In this document: one piece after another, positions 9,907 through 19,556 of the stretch
Numbering within the stretch: the first letter of the stretch is position 1
Layout of the letters: every line of letters starts with the position of its first letter
Assembly: GCA_964523515.1 (NCBI GenBank)
Contig: CAZFZP010000001.1
Span: 10,079-57,714 of the forward strand
From: an uncultured Gammaproteobacteria bacterium
GTDB taxonomy: Bacteria; Patescibacteriota; Microgenomatia; Daviesbacterales; UBA10151
Direction: 5' to 3'
Length of the DNA stretch: 47,636 nt
The notes under the pieces: generated by a model
What the model was told of the DNA's origin: nothing
Databases searched by the model: none
Seen by the model: the letters and a program-made list of their open reading frames with translations, nothing else
Program-made: the position numbers and the translations under genes

Positions 9907-11072
9907 TGCCTAAACAATCTCCTTTTTGGACTTTCCCTCATCACCTGGGGGTCAATCGTGCTTTGTAAAACCTCCTGAACTATTTTTGCCATTTTTTTCC
10001 AAGAAAATTTTTTCACTTGCTCAAACCCCTTTACAATCATTTTCTCTCTTAATTTATTATCTGTCATCACCGTTCTAATAGCCTGTTCAATTTGAGTCGC
10101 TGAGTTGGGATCAATTAAAAGTCCAGCGTCTCCTGCCACCTCTGGTAAGGATGAAACATTGGAGACAATTACTGGAGTGCCAGTTGCCATAGCTTCCAAC
10201 ACTGGAATACCAAACCCCTCATATAATGAAGGTAGAATAAAACTAACTGATCCAGCAAACAGATAAGGAATATCATCCAGTGGAGCAAATCCCGTGAAGA
10301 TAATTCTGTCCTCTATTCCCAATTCCTTAGGTCTATTTAGAGTCTCTTCCGATTTCCAAGATCGTCTTCCCTTATCACCCTTAGCTTTACCAATAATTAC
10401 TAACTTAAGCTCTTCTATTCTAGCCACTGCCTCAATTAACCTTATTAAATTTTTCCTGGGTTGAACTGTTCCCAAAAAAACAATATATTTGCCGGTAATT
10501 TCATACTTTCGTTTTACAGCTTCAATTTTAGCCTGATCGTCAATGATTCTATAAGTTTGGTTGTCATATCCAGGACATGCTACGGTAATTTTATGTGGGT
10601 CAACATTTAATAACTTTATTAAATCAATCTTAGAAGATTTGGAGATGGTGACAATCTGGTCTGCTTTTTCTACTGACTCTTTTGTCCAATTAGTTAATTT
10701 ATAAAGATCACCTTTGGTAAACATCTGAGGGAAATATAAATAAGCCAGATCAAAGATAGTGATTACTCTTTTAGTTACCACAGGAGCAAATTTGGGGCCA
10801 TAATGGGTTGGTGAAAACACTAAATCTGGTTTTTGCTTGTATAGAAAAAAGGGTAGGGCTATTCTGGTCCAAAGCTGTCGGGGCCTTAAAATCTTATATC
10901 CAAATCCATCTCTTTCCTCAGGTAAATCTGCTTGTGGTTGACTAGGTAATACTACAGTGTAATTATTCTCCTTATCCAATTTCTCTAAATTTCTTATTAG
11001 CTCAAACCCAACTTGGGACGAACCAACCCGTTGTAAAGAGTTAGCCTCATATCCATCAATAACGATTTTCAT
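9903..11072 (-). CDS. Glycosyltransferase family 4
   Basis: 389 aa. Signature [32 protein letters not shown]. Tandem paralog of the next gene. Confidence 0.85.
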   Translation of the reverse strand: MKIVIDGYEANSLQRVGSSQVGFELIRNLEKLDKENNYTVVLPSQPQADLPEERDGFGYKILRPRQLWTRIALPFFLYKQKPDLVFSPTHYGPKFAPVVTKRVITIFDLAYLYFPQMFTKGDLYKLTNWTKESVEKADQIVTISKSSKIDLIKLLNVDPHKITVACPGYDNQTYRIIDDQAKIEAVKRKYEITGKYIVFLGTVQPRKNLIRLIEAVARIEELKLVIIGKAKGDKGRRSWKSEETLNRPKELGIEDRIIFTGFAPLDDIPYLFAGSVSFILPSLYEGFGIPVLEAMATGTPVIVSNVSSLPEVAGDAGLLIDPNSATQIEQAIRTVMTDNKLREKMIVKGFEQVKKFSWKKMAKIVQEVLQSTIDPQVMRESPKRRLFRQ

Positions 11073-12093
11073 TAATTAGCTCCTTGTATATTCCGACAGT
11101 TTCGCTAGCACATTTTTCCCAACTAAACTTCTTTGCCTGTATAAATCCCTGTTTAATCATAGACTTACACCTATCATCATCCTCAATTACTGCTTGTACA
11201 GCTTTGGTAATCTCTGTGACATCTGTTGGGTTAATTAATAATGCTGCCTCTCCCCCAACTTCCGGAAGTGATGATGAGTTGGAAGTAATAACCGGAGTAC
11301 CTGTTGCCATAGCTTCTAATACCGGCAAACCAAATCCTTCATAAAGAGATGGGTAAAGCAAAACATCTGCTGCTGAGTAAAGTAAAGGCATCTCTTCATC
11401 CTCAACACCTGTTAAATTATGACCGGTGATCACCAGGTTATATCCTACTGACGCCTCTTTAACCCTCTCTAAATTCCGTCTGGAGCCAACTCCCCCGATA
11501 GCTAAAATAAATTTATCTGGTAAGCCATGCTTCTTTTTAAACTCTGCCACATCCTCGTCTAATTGTGGCCGAAACTCCTCTCTCACTCCTTCATAAATTA
11601 CTCTAATTTTTTCTTTAGGAATATTACTGACTTCTATGAGATCATTTTTGGTGGATTCAGAAACCGCTATTACTATATCAATCTCTCTTTCAACTAATTT
11701 TAGCCTACTTTTGTGCACTTTGATTATTTTAGAGTGAGACCACTCCGGGAATTTAAGCGGTACCAGATCATGATAGGTAGTCACTTTCTTAGCTTTAGTT
11801 TTAGGCTGGATCCAATCAGATGAGTGATAAATATCTACCTTACCAATAAACCTCTCGATCGGAACTACTCTGAGATGATTAAATAACTTCTCAAATAATA
11901 TTGGTGGGAAAGGGAATGGTTTAACATGGGGCAGAGGTCCATCATAGGGAACCCTCAGTGATGAGTAAAAATATGTCATTTGTAACGACTTTTGAAGTGC
12001 CAGTTTTTGGGATAAATTTTTAGTATAGGTTGCTACTCCGCCCCGATGAGCTAGCTGTGAAATATCCAACCCGACCTTGATTTTATTTGCCAT
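11056..12093 (-). CDS. Glycosyltransferase family 4
   Basis: 345 aa. Signature [32 protein letters not shown]. 17-nt overlap with the downstream paralog. Confidence 0.85.
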   Translation of the reverse strand: MANKIKVGLDISQLAHRGGVATYTKNLSQKLALQKSLQMTYFYSSLRVPYDGPLPHVKPFPFPPILFEKLFNHLRVVPIERFIGKVDIYHSSDWIQPKTKAKKVTTYHDLVPLKFPEWSHSKIIKVHKSRLKLVEREIDIVIAVSESTKNDLIEVSNIPKEKIRVIYEGVREEFRPQLDEDVAEFKKKHGLPDKFILAIGGVGSRRNLERVKEASVGYNLVITGHNLTGVEDEEMPLLYSAADVLLYPSLYEGFGLPVLEAMATGTPVITSNSSSLPEVGGEAALLINPTDVTEITKAVQAVIEDDDRCKSMIKQGFIQAKKFSWEKCASETVGIYKELINENRY

Positions 12094-13504
12094 CTTTGTC
12101 TTTTAATCTCATAAACTCGGTAGTACCTATACTATCAACAACTTCATAGTTTTGAGTTATGTAACTATCTAATTTTATAGCAAAATCTTTAATATCCCAA
12201 CCCTCAATTACCACAGTTCTATCGGCAACTATCAATTTAGGCTTATCTTCCTGAAGTACCTCAAGAAACAGCTCTTCCGTCTCCATTAAAAACCAGGGGA
12301 ACTGAAAGACAAATATTTTACCAACAGGAATAGTTTCAGTCATTTGATAAAGATGCGGAACCAGTCCAAATAAATATATCTCCTCTTTCGGATCTGAATA
12401 CTCTTTAATTTTATCTGCTATGGCGTATGTACCCTTATCAAAAAAGAAGACCTTATCAGATAGATGCCCTTTATAAAAAATTGGTAGCCATAGCCCAATC
12501 ATTAATAGGTAACCTAGGATCAATAATCGCAAATTTGTCCGCTGCCACAGTTCACTAAAAACTAAAACAGTTATTATGACAATAAAAGGTAGCGATGGTT
12601 GGAAATGCACCATGTCAAACCTGGCAATATCTCCGGTAAAGCTGCCTAGCAAGAATACCAACAGAACCATGGCCAATTTTTTATTCGGAATTAAGAAGGT
12701 CAACAAAGATGGGCTATACACACCAATCACTCGAACTATTCCACTGAAAAATGGTGCTTTTCCTCCGAAACTTGCAAAGGTAGTTAGGTTAAAAGTAATA
12801 GTCCAAAACCACATCTCTTTAATCACCCCAATTGATAAATAATATGCTGTGGCCAACAACGGTATTGGTAAAATTCCTGACAAAAAATAAACTAGCGATT
12901 TTTTATCACGTAGATAAATTATCACTAACAAAAAAATAATTCCCGCTAGGGGAATAATTACCTGTTTAAATAAAATGCCCAAACTCAAAAAAAATCCTGC
13001 TAAAAACAACGACCGGTAAGATTTTTTTTGGGATATTGAAAGATAAGTAAAATAAAATGCCGGTAGTAAAAATAAAGGCAGAAAATTATCTATCCATAGA
13101 GTCCAGCCTTCTAGAAAAGGCTGCCATATTAAATATAGTAAGTTTCCCAATAAAGCTTTTTTATAGCTACTAGTTATCTTAGAAACCACCAAAAATATCA
13201 GCAGGTGGGTTGCTAGAACAATCCCAATTAACCACCATCTGGCCACAATTTCATTGGTCATTCCTAAGTTATCGAGATTTATTGGCAAAAACATTAACCC
13301 TGGGAAATGTTGGTCAAAAATTTGTTTATAAGGCGCTAGACCTTGGTTTGTTAAATATGGATAGATAAAAAGCTCCGGATAAGGAAAAAATAATAACTTG
13401 GTTAGAATCCAAGAATGAATAACTCCGATTATTAATAATCCATACAACCCAAAATTATTTTTTAACATAATGATATACAAACCCAACTCCTCTAAAGTCT
13501 TCAA
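12083..13504 (-). CDS. Polytopic membrane protein, probable GT-C (ArnT/PMT_2/DUF2029-like)
   Basis: 473 aa with at least 10 hydrophobic segments. The first-loop motif GLAPYKQIFDQHFPGLMF resembles the G-x-PY-x-D-F-[DE]-x-[KH]-PPL loop of ArnT-like GT-C enzymes. C-terminal soluble domain of about 110 aa. The true start may be the internal MLKNNF (about 13468). Confidence 0.5.
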   Translation of the reverse strand: MKTLEELGLYIIMLKNNFGLYGLLIIGVIHSWILTKLLFFPYPELFIYPYLTNQGLAPYKQIFDQHFPGLMFLPINLDNLGMTNEIVARWWLIGIVLATHLLIFLVVSKITSSYKKALLGNLLYLIWQPFLEGWTLWIDNFLPLFLLPAFYFTYLSISQKKSYRSLFLAGFFLSLGILFKQVIIPLAGIIFLLVIIYLRDKKSLVYFLSGILPIPLLATAYYLSIGVIKEMWFWTITFNLTTFASFGGKAPFFSGIVRVIGVYSPSLLTFLIPNKKLAMVLLVFLLGSFTGDIARFDMVHFQPSLPFIVIITVLVFSELWQRTNLRLLILGYLLMIGLWLPIFYKGHLSDKVFFFDKGTYAIADKIKEYSDPKEEIYLFGLVPHLYQMTETIPVGKIFVFQFPWFLMETEELFLEVLQEDKPKLIVADRTVVIEGWDIKDFAIKLDSYITQNYEVVDSIGTTEFMRLKDKDGK

Positions 13505-14864
13505 TGTCTTTTACCTGATAACCATTTTTTTCCAACCAGTGTTGGGTTAATCGATTTGGATCAGATAAATCTTGTAGATACTCTAAAAGATATACCTCCT
13601 TAAACTTGACACTATTAAGACTTTTGTCAATCTCACTGTAACTATAAGGCAAATCAGAACCCATATGGAGTGCCGATTTATCATTCATATACCATTCATA
13701 GGGAGGAAAAGGTTCTGGCCAAACTGACAATACTTTTATTTGATCATTATTTAATCTAGATTGAAGAAAATTACTTACGCCTCTCCAATCTTCCCTCTGA
13801 AATCTAGAATTAAAGATATAAAAAATATTCCCAATTAGAGACACCCAAATAACCACTAACAAAAGTAGATATCTAAATCTAGCGGATTGATAAATCCCCC
13901 CTGCTAATATCAAATAAAACGCCGGGATAATAAAAAGCAGTCTAAATGGTTGAAAAAGGGGTGTTTTAACTGAAACTACTAATGACAGTATTATGGGGAT
14001 TATAAACCAAAAAGATAGAATCTTCTCATCATCTTTTAAAATTAATATACCCTTGATCAATAAATATCCAAATATTATCAAAACCAAACCAGCAACTACT
14101 ATATACAAGGTCTGGTTCTCAAAATCTATTCTACCGATAGAGAATTTAAAAATAGTTAAGGGAACTGCTTTATACAGATCTAGTGTTAAAACCTCCCTCC
14201 AGTGTGGCAGATAAGAATCCACATTGACCCCACCTTGTAACTGTTTGATGAGTTGTGGTAACCAAGGAATATATAAAAGTATTATTATCAGAAATTGGGT
14301 TAACAACTTAATAAGCGATTCTTTTTTTTGTAAAAAAAGGTATGTTAGTAGGGCGATTATTAAAAATAATCCCATGTAGTGTGTATAAATTAGAGTCGCC
14401 GTTGCGAGGATAAACCCCAGTTTATACATCATCTTAAATCCATTTCTTAGTTGTAAAACCAAAAAATATACAGAAAGAAGACTTAAAAAGACAGCCAGAG
14501 AATACATCCTTATTTCCTGCGAGTAATAAATATGATAAGGCGCAATGGCCATCAGTAAACTAGAGGTAATTGCAACCCATCTATTAAAAATTAATAACGC
14601 CAGTTTATATGTTAAATAAACGGTTAAGACTCCAAAGACCACCGATAAACTTCTCAACCAAATTTCTGTCTGAGAAATTTGCATCCAAAAGTGATAAATA
14701 ACATAAGACAGTGGTGGGTGAAAATCAGCTGTTCTTTCGAAAAAAATAGAATATAAGGATTTTTGGGAAAGCAATACTTGAGTTGCTTCATCTAACCACA
14801 GACTTTGGTTGATATTTACTAACCTAAAGATTATTGCTACAACCAAGATAATACCAATTATCAT
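13455..14864 (-). CDS. GT-C fold glycosyltransferase, PMT_2/GT39-like
   Basis: 469 aa. Carries motifs I associate with PMT_2-type proteins: SLWLDEATQ after TM1, then FHPPLSY and RSLSVVFG. About 11 TM segments plus a C-terminal soluble domain. Confidence 0.7.
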   Translation of the reverse strand: MIIGIILVVAIIFRLVNINQSLWLDEATQVLLSQKSLYSIFFERTADFHPPLSYVIYHFWMQISQTEIWLRSLSVVFGVLTVYLTYKLALLIFNRWVAITSSLLMAIAPYHIYYSQEIRMYSLAVFLSLLSVYFLVLQLRNGFKMMYKLGFILATATLIYTHYMGLFLIIALLTYLFLQKKESLIKLLTQFLIIILLYIPWLPQLIKQLQGGVNVDSYLPHWREVLTLDLYKAVPLTIFKFSIGRIDFENQTLYIVVAGLVLIIFGYLLIKGILILKDDEKILSFWFIIPIILSLVVSVKTPLFQPFRLLFIIPAFYLILAGGIYQSARFRYLLLLVVIWVSLIGNIFYIFNSRFQREDWRGVSNFLQSRLNNDQIKVLSVWPEPFPPYEWYMNDKSALHMGSDLPYSYSEIDKSLNSVKFKEVYLLEYLQDLSDPNRLTQHWLEKNGYQVKDIEDFRGVGFVYHYVKK

Positions 14865-15622
14865 TTAGTCTCCAACTTTAGTAATTTAATTTCCGTGACC
14901 AGTGAAAAATACATTAACCCAAATATTAAAAATAAACCCTCAGTTCCATCTATAAACCCTTGGTGCTTAATAAATCTGACTAAAAATATTTTGAGGGGAC
15001 TCCAGATTAATCTAAAAATCGATCCTTTTATTCCCTCGTGGTGTAAGTTACTGGCTTCAATAGTAGAATAACGTTTTTGCCTCTGCCAGAAATCAGAGTA
15101 GTTGTCATACCCAAAATGCTGTAGAGCCAAATTTGGATCTGCGGGAAGATCTACAACCAGACCCCTCACTATTGGATATATGTGGATTCTTTTTGGCCAT
15201 GCAACTAAATCTTTTTGAAAAAATCTAATCTGCCGGTCCGGCCAAAAATTAGTGTGTCTGATCCATTTTCCAAAAAAAATGTTTTTTCTGGGAATATTAA
15301 CTGCCACTGTTGTGTTTGTAACATTATTGATGAGTTTTTTTAACCATACTACCAAACTTTTGGAGACCACCTCATCTGGATCTAATATCATTACCCAGCT
15401 TCCGTTGGCTTTTGAGATAGCATAAGACCTAATTAGCTCAACATAGGGCACTTTTTCATGATTGTAAACTTTAGCTTGAAATTCTTTAGCAACATCCTCA
15501 ACACCATCACTTGACCCCAAATCAACTATAACTATCTCTGAAGCAAAATCTTTAACACTATCTAAACTTCTTTTTAACTTCTTTGATTCATTAAAAGTGA
15601 CATATACAACCGAGACTCTCAT
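14861..15622 (-). CDS. Glycosyltransferase family 2 (short, soluble, WaaE/KdtX-like type)
   Basis: 253 aa. Motifs: VSVVYVTFNE, IVIVDLGSSDG, and ILDPDE. Confidence 0.75.
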   Translation of the reverse strand: MRVSVVYVTFNESKKLKRSLDSVKDFASEIVIVDLGSSDGVEDVAKEFQAKVYNHEKVPYVELIRSYAISKANGSWVMILDPDEVVSKSLVVWLKKLINNVTNTTVAVNIPRKNIFFGKWIRHTNFWPDRQIRFFQKDLVAWPKRIHIYPIVRGLVVDLPADPNLALQHFGYDNYSDFWQRQKRYSTIEASNLHHEGIKGSIFRLIWSPLKIFLVRFIKHQGFIDGTEGLFLIFGLMYFSLVTEIKLLKLETK

Positions 15623-16560
15623 TGTTGTTTTAACTCAAGAAATATTTTTTCATATCTTATGGCAATAGTTTCCCAATCAAATTTTTCAGCCTGCTCTCGA
15701 GGTAGTTTGGCCCAATCAGACTTTAAAGCCTCCCGGATGGAAGCAGCAAAATGGTCTGGATCCTCAGTATTAGTCAGTATACCACCCATACCTACTATCT
15801 CTCTTCTGGAATCATCATTTGGAGCCACTACCGCTAAATTAGAAGCCATTGCCTCTAAATATACTATTCCAAACGCCTCTCTCTCCCAGGAGGGTAGCGT
15901 AAACAAATCGCAACTGCGGTATATATTAGGCATATCTTGGTAGCGAGCCTTCAATAACTTGAATCTCTTACCTAACTTTTTTCTTCCTAATTCCTCAATA
16001 GAATTTTTGAGTTCACCTGTGCCTATTAATAATAATGAAACATTTAGGAGTCGAGAGACAGCTTCAATGGTTCTTTCATGGTGTTTATACCAACTCATAG
16101 CCCCAACTGATAGGATAATAGGTTTGGGTAAATCTAAGGGAACTTTTTCCCCAACTGGGTTAAATTTTTGTAAATCTACACCATTTGTTATTTTTACCAC
16201 CCTTACCCCAAAACTCCACCTCTTAGCCCAACTGTCCATCTTCTTGGTTAAGGCAACAAAAATATCCGGCCTGGTGATTAAATTCCACAAATCATCTCTA
16301 CCTATCCCACTGTGTCCCGAGATCAAAACTTTATAACTTTTAAATAATCGTCCGATGGAAACTATTAAACTTTGTAGCCTTCCATTAATCGGAATAACTA
16401 CATCATATTTATCTTTCATCCACTGTAAAGAATCTGCCTGATCACCCGATAAGACAGTTACATTATGAGACTTGGATAATCTACTAACTAGCTCATTAAC
16501 AAATACCTCAGCTCCTCGAGCTATCTGATTTTGATATCTACTGAGAATTAATATTTTCAT
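15619..16560 (-). CDS. Glycosyltransferase family 4 (short)
   Basis: 313 aa. N-terminus MKILILS...GAEVF, and C-terminal PSWEREAFGIVYLEAMASNLAVVAPND. Confidence 0.75.
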   Translation of the reverse strand: MKILILSRYQNQIARGAEVFVNELVSRLSKSHNVTVLSGDQADSLQWMKDKYDVVIPINGRLQSLIVSIGRLFKSYKVLISGHSGIGRDDLWNLITRPDIFVALTKKMDSWAKRWSFGVRVVKITNGVDLQKFNPVGEKVPLDLPKPIILSVGAMSWYKHHERTIEAVSRLLNVSLLLIGTGELKNSIEELGRKKLGKRFKLLKARYQDMPNIYRSCDLFTLPSWEREAFGIVYLEAMASNLAVVAPNDDSRREIVGMGGILTNTEDPDHFAASIREALKSDWAKLPREQAEKFDWETIAIRYEKIFLELKQQ

Positions 16561-16570
16561 TTTCTTTATT

Positions 16571-17281
16571 TTAATCTAAAAAGCGGTATTTAATTAAAGT
16601 CCAGACTGCCTTAATACCATCATGCCAATGTAGTTTTTTTCCCTGGATGTGAGTTCTAGGCTTGACCTTAATGGGAATCTCCAGTATTTGGAAGCCTTTC
16701 TTTAATATCTTAGCAGTTATCTCCGGCTCTATCTCAAATCGGCTGGATACAAGCCTCAAGTGCGATAATACCTCTTTTGAAACCATCTTGTAGCAAGTTT
16801 CCATATCACTCAACCGAACTCCATATAATAAATTAGTTAAGCCCGTAAGAATCTTATTCCCCATCCAGTGAGCAGGGAGAATGGTTCTCTCTTTCCCCCA
16901 AATCCTTAAGGGGTATTTGGCAAATCTATTGCCATAGACCACCAAAGCAGTGCCGTCTAATATTGGCTTGACAAGCCGCAATAAATCTTGAGGGTTATAT
17001 TCCAAGTCAGCATCCTGAATTGCTATAATGTCCCCCTTCGCTCTTTTGAATCCTTCACGTATTGCAGCACCTTTGCCACGATTATGTTTAAAAATCACTA
17101 TTTTTAAATCCTTAATCTGAAAATTTTTTAATAACTTTTTAGTAGAATCCGTCGAACCATCATCGACAACTATTATCTCTTTCATAATCATCTTCGGAAA
17201 CTGAAGTGATAATAATTTATTCAAAACAGTGAGAATAGTCTTCTCCTCATTAAAAACTGGAACGATAATGGAAATTTTCAT
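16571..17281 (-). CDS. GT2, DPM1/GtrB-like candidate polyprenol-phosphate sugar synthase
   Basis: 236 aa. Motifs: ISIIVPVFNEEKTI, VVDDGSTDST, NRGKGAAIREGF, IQDADLEYNPQD, SDMETCYKMV, and C-terminal GKKLHWHDGIKAVWTLIKYR. This motif set matches the short polyprenyl-phosphate glycosyltransferase subfamily as I recall it. Confidence 0.6.
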   Translation of the reverse strand: MKISIIVPVFNEEKTILTVLNKLLSLQFPKMIMKEIIVVDDGSTDSTKKLLKNFQIKDLKIVIFKHNRGKGAAIREGFKRAKGDIIAIQDADLEYNPQDLLRLVKPILDGTALVVYGNRFAKYPLRIWGKERTILPAHWMGNKILTGLTNLLYGVRLSDMETCYKMVSKEVLSHLRLVSSRFEIEPEITAKILKKGFQILEIPIKVKPRTHIQGKKLHWHDGIKAVWTLIKYRFLD

Positions 17282-17284
17282 GGT

Positions 17285-18010
17285 TTATTTTTTAGCAATA
17301 ACCAAGATTGATGTTCCTAATGGAGGTTCTATTAACTCCTCCAGAGGTAAAACTAAAGGTGCAATTAAATTAAAAATACCGATCTTATTTTTTCCAACAA
17401 TTTTATTTTTTAAAACTCTGCCCGCTAAAAACCAGCCGATCCCACCCAAAAAGTTTACGACTCGGATTCTCACTATTTTTAATCCGCTAGAATTCAAAGA
17501 TCGCTGTAAAGATTCTTTTGTATAACGCCGGAAGTGGCCAATCGATTTGTCAATTTCGCCATATAGATCAGGATGAAACGGGACTAATAAAATTAAATGT
17601 CCGCCCGTCTTTAATAGTTTATAAATATTTATTAACGATTGGTTATCGTTTTTTATATGCTCTAAAACGTTTAGACAAACTACTGTATCAAAATGTCTAT
17701 TATTAAAAAAATACTTGGCCATCTCAATATCTCCATATCCCACCTTAACGTTTTTAACTTTTTTGGCTTGTTTTAAATTTTGTTTATCTATATCGGTACC
17801 AACAACTTTTCCATATCTAGTCAAGTCTTTGCTAAAAGTACCAATCCCACAACCAACTTCTAATATATCTCCCATTAAGAATTTTTTAAACTGTTTCAGT
17901 GTCCAGCGATTATACCAAACAGCCTGGCTCATACTCTCTAAAGTTTTATGCCCGTTATCATCCTTCATTGTTTTTGAGCAACTAGTACCAAGTGAGGTCC
18001 CCACATCCAA
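17285..18010 (-). CDS. Class I SAM-dependent methyltransferase
   Basis: Motif I ILEVGCGIGTFS, and post-I/II VVCLNVLEHI. The more likely start is ATG 17968..17966 (MKDDNGHK...), which forms an ATGA overlap with the upstream stop at 17965..17967. Confidence 0.8.
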   Translation of the reverse strand: MDVGTSLGTSCSKTMKDDNGHKTLESMSQAVWYNRWTLKQFKKFLMGDILEVGCGIGTFSKDLTRYGKVVGTDIDKQNLKQAKKVKNVKVGYGDIEMAKYFFNNRHFDTVVCLNVLEHIKNDNQSLINIYKLLKTGGHLILLVPFHPDLYGEIDKSIGHFRRYTKESLQRSLNSSGLKIVRIRVVNFLGGIGWFLAGRVLKNKIVGKNKIGIFNLIAPLVLPLEELIEPPLGTSILVIAKK

Positions 18011-18762
18011 AAAGGGTATACACCAAGCTCCCCTAGTTTTCTAAATATCCTCTGAAGTATTTTAGCATTAGACAACTCCTCATTCCAACAACTATCGGCA
18101 CAGATTATAGAGAAGCCATTATATTCTAAATAATTAGTCAGAGAACCGATATACGGTTCTACCACTGTATCCCAATCACTAATATATATCTTTTTGTTTG
18201 CCAAAGGAGTTACCTGCCTCCAACCTAAGGATCTTAACCTCACAACATATAATAGAATATCTTCTAAAAGACCTCTGATAAGTTTAAGTAGACGTGATGT
18301 GTTTCTCACAGGAGACACTCTATTTGGAGATCCATAGTTTGGAGAGATTAGAACTAAATATCCTCCCTGTCTAAGAACTCTTCTTGCTTCTAATAGCACC
18401 TTCGTCGGATTATCAAGATGCTCAAGGACGAACGCAGCATATAAAAGATCAAAAGATTCACTTTCAAAAGGGAGTGTTTCTAAGTCCCCCTGGTAAAATT
18501 TCAAATCAGGGTATCGCTCCCTAGCTATCTTAATCGCTTTATCACTTAAATCTATTCCGCACCCTGATTGTTTTTTATTAGTTACAAGATTTAATCTAGT
18601 TCCTTCTCCACATCCTAAATCTAATATGTTTTTAGCTTTTGAGGTTAATTCCCTTAAGATTTTCATGCCGGGATGAGCTAGATCAAAACTACCTTGATGA
18701 GATTGTTGGTAATAGCTTTCTTTAGACCAGACTTCTTTCGCTAACCATTCCTTGTGTTTCAT
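17965..18762 (-). CDS. Class I SAM-dependent methyltransferase
   Basis: 265 aa. Motifs: ILDLGCGEGTRL, DLSDKAIKIARE, and LYAAFVLEHLDNP. Confidence 0.8.
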   Translation of the reverse strand: MKHKEWLAKEVWSKESYYQQSHQGSFDLAHPGMKILRELTSKAKNILDLGCGEGTRLNLVTNKKQSGCGIDLSDKAIKIARERYPDLKFYQGDLETLPFESESFDLLYAAFVLEHLDNPTKVLLEARRVLRQGGYLVLISPNYGSPNRVSPVRNTSRLLKLIRGLLEDILLYVVRLRSLGWRQVTPLANKKIYISDWDTVVEPYIGSLTNYLEYNGFSIICADSCWNEELSNAKILQRIFRKLGELGVYPFWMWGPHLVLVAQKQ

Positions 18763-19556
18763 CTTACAATTCGTCTCTTTAACTTCTTAATCAATGTTTC
18801 AAAAAAAGCCCGTAGAATATATGCCATCGATCTGTTCTCCCAAGGGTCTTTCACAATACTCGGATGCTTTAAATACAAAACTTCAGGATAATCAAAATTT
18901 GATGGGAAAGGAATCCCAAGCTCATATTTGAACTTTGCTCTTAATTTAAGTTTATGTGACCTACTCAAAAATGTAAGATGGAGATGAGGAGCCTCCAGTA
19001 AAACAACTCTGTCCAATGTTTGTACTGGGTTGCCTGACTTATCATAAAATCCTTCTGAGCCGTATGGTTGTTCGATATGTAATCCTGGAATCTTCCTATT
19101 TATGGCTTTGATCTGTAAATTACCCTCTCTACCCAGGAGTTTATATCTACCTGCTATTTCTTCCTGGTAGTGATAAATATCTCCAATGACATTATAAAAA
19201 GGGACAGCAATTGCATTTAGTTTTGTTCCTTCTCTATTGATTAAGTCCTCCACTCGTCGTACTGAATCATACCACCACACTTCATCCCCATCTAAAATTA
19301 TAATCCAGTCACAGTGTGATCGATCTAACATCTCTTGACGAAGACTACTGAATTGATATTTATCTACAGGTCCACATGTTTTAATAGATACTTTTTTTTT
19401 ATAAACTTTTTTTATCTCTTTTAAAATATGGGGAGTTCTGTCTGTTGATCCAGTATCATAAATTATAATTTTATCAACATAATCAATAACCGACATAACT
19501 GCATACCAAATAAAGCCCTCCTCATTGTGTACAATTGTGTGAGCCCAAATCTTCAT
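18759..19556 (-). CDS. GT2-like glycosyltransferase (short soluble type)
   Basis: 265 aa. Motifs: TIVHNEEGFIWYAV, IIIYDTGSTDRT, and IIILDGDEVWW (DxD). It contains an A9 tract (plus-strand T9 at 19392..19400). Confidence 0.7.
   Translation of the reverse strand: MKIWAHTIVHNEEGFIWYAVMSVIDYVDKIIIYDTGSTDRTPHILKEIKKVYKKKVSIKTCGPVDKYQFSSLRQEMLDRSHCDWIIILDGDEVWWYDSVRRVEDLINREGTKLNAIAVPFYNVIGDIYHYQEEIAGRYKLLGREGNLQIKAINRKIPGLHIEQPYGSEGFYDKSGNPVQTLDRVVLLEAPHLHLTFLSRSHKLKLRAKFKYELGIPFPSNFDYPEVLYLKHPSIVKDPWENRSMAYILRAFFETLIKKLKRRIVR

Noticed and set aside
13455-13504. Long gene overlaps (13455..13504, 17965..18010, 21317..21363, 33568..33608) as possible functional overlapping coding.
   Set aside because: In most cases an internal ATG gives a conventional short overlap or adjacency: 17968 gives ATGA, about 33566 leaves a 1-nt gap, and about 13468 gives a 14-nt overlap. 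For 21363 the alternatives are about 21336, still a 20-nt overlap, or about 21279, which leaves a short gap. The long overlaps are most simply artefacts of longest-ORF calling.
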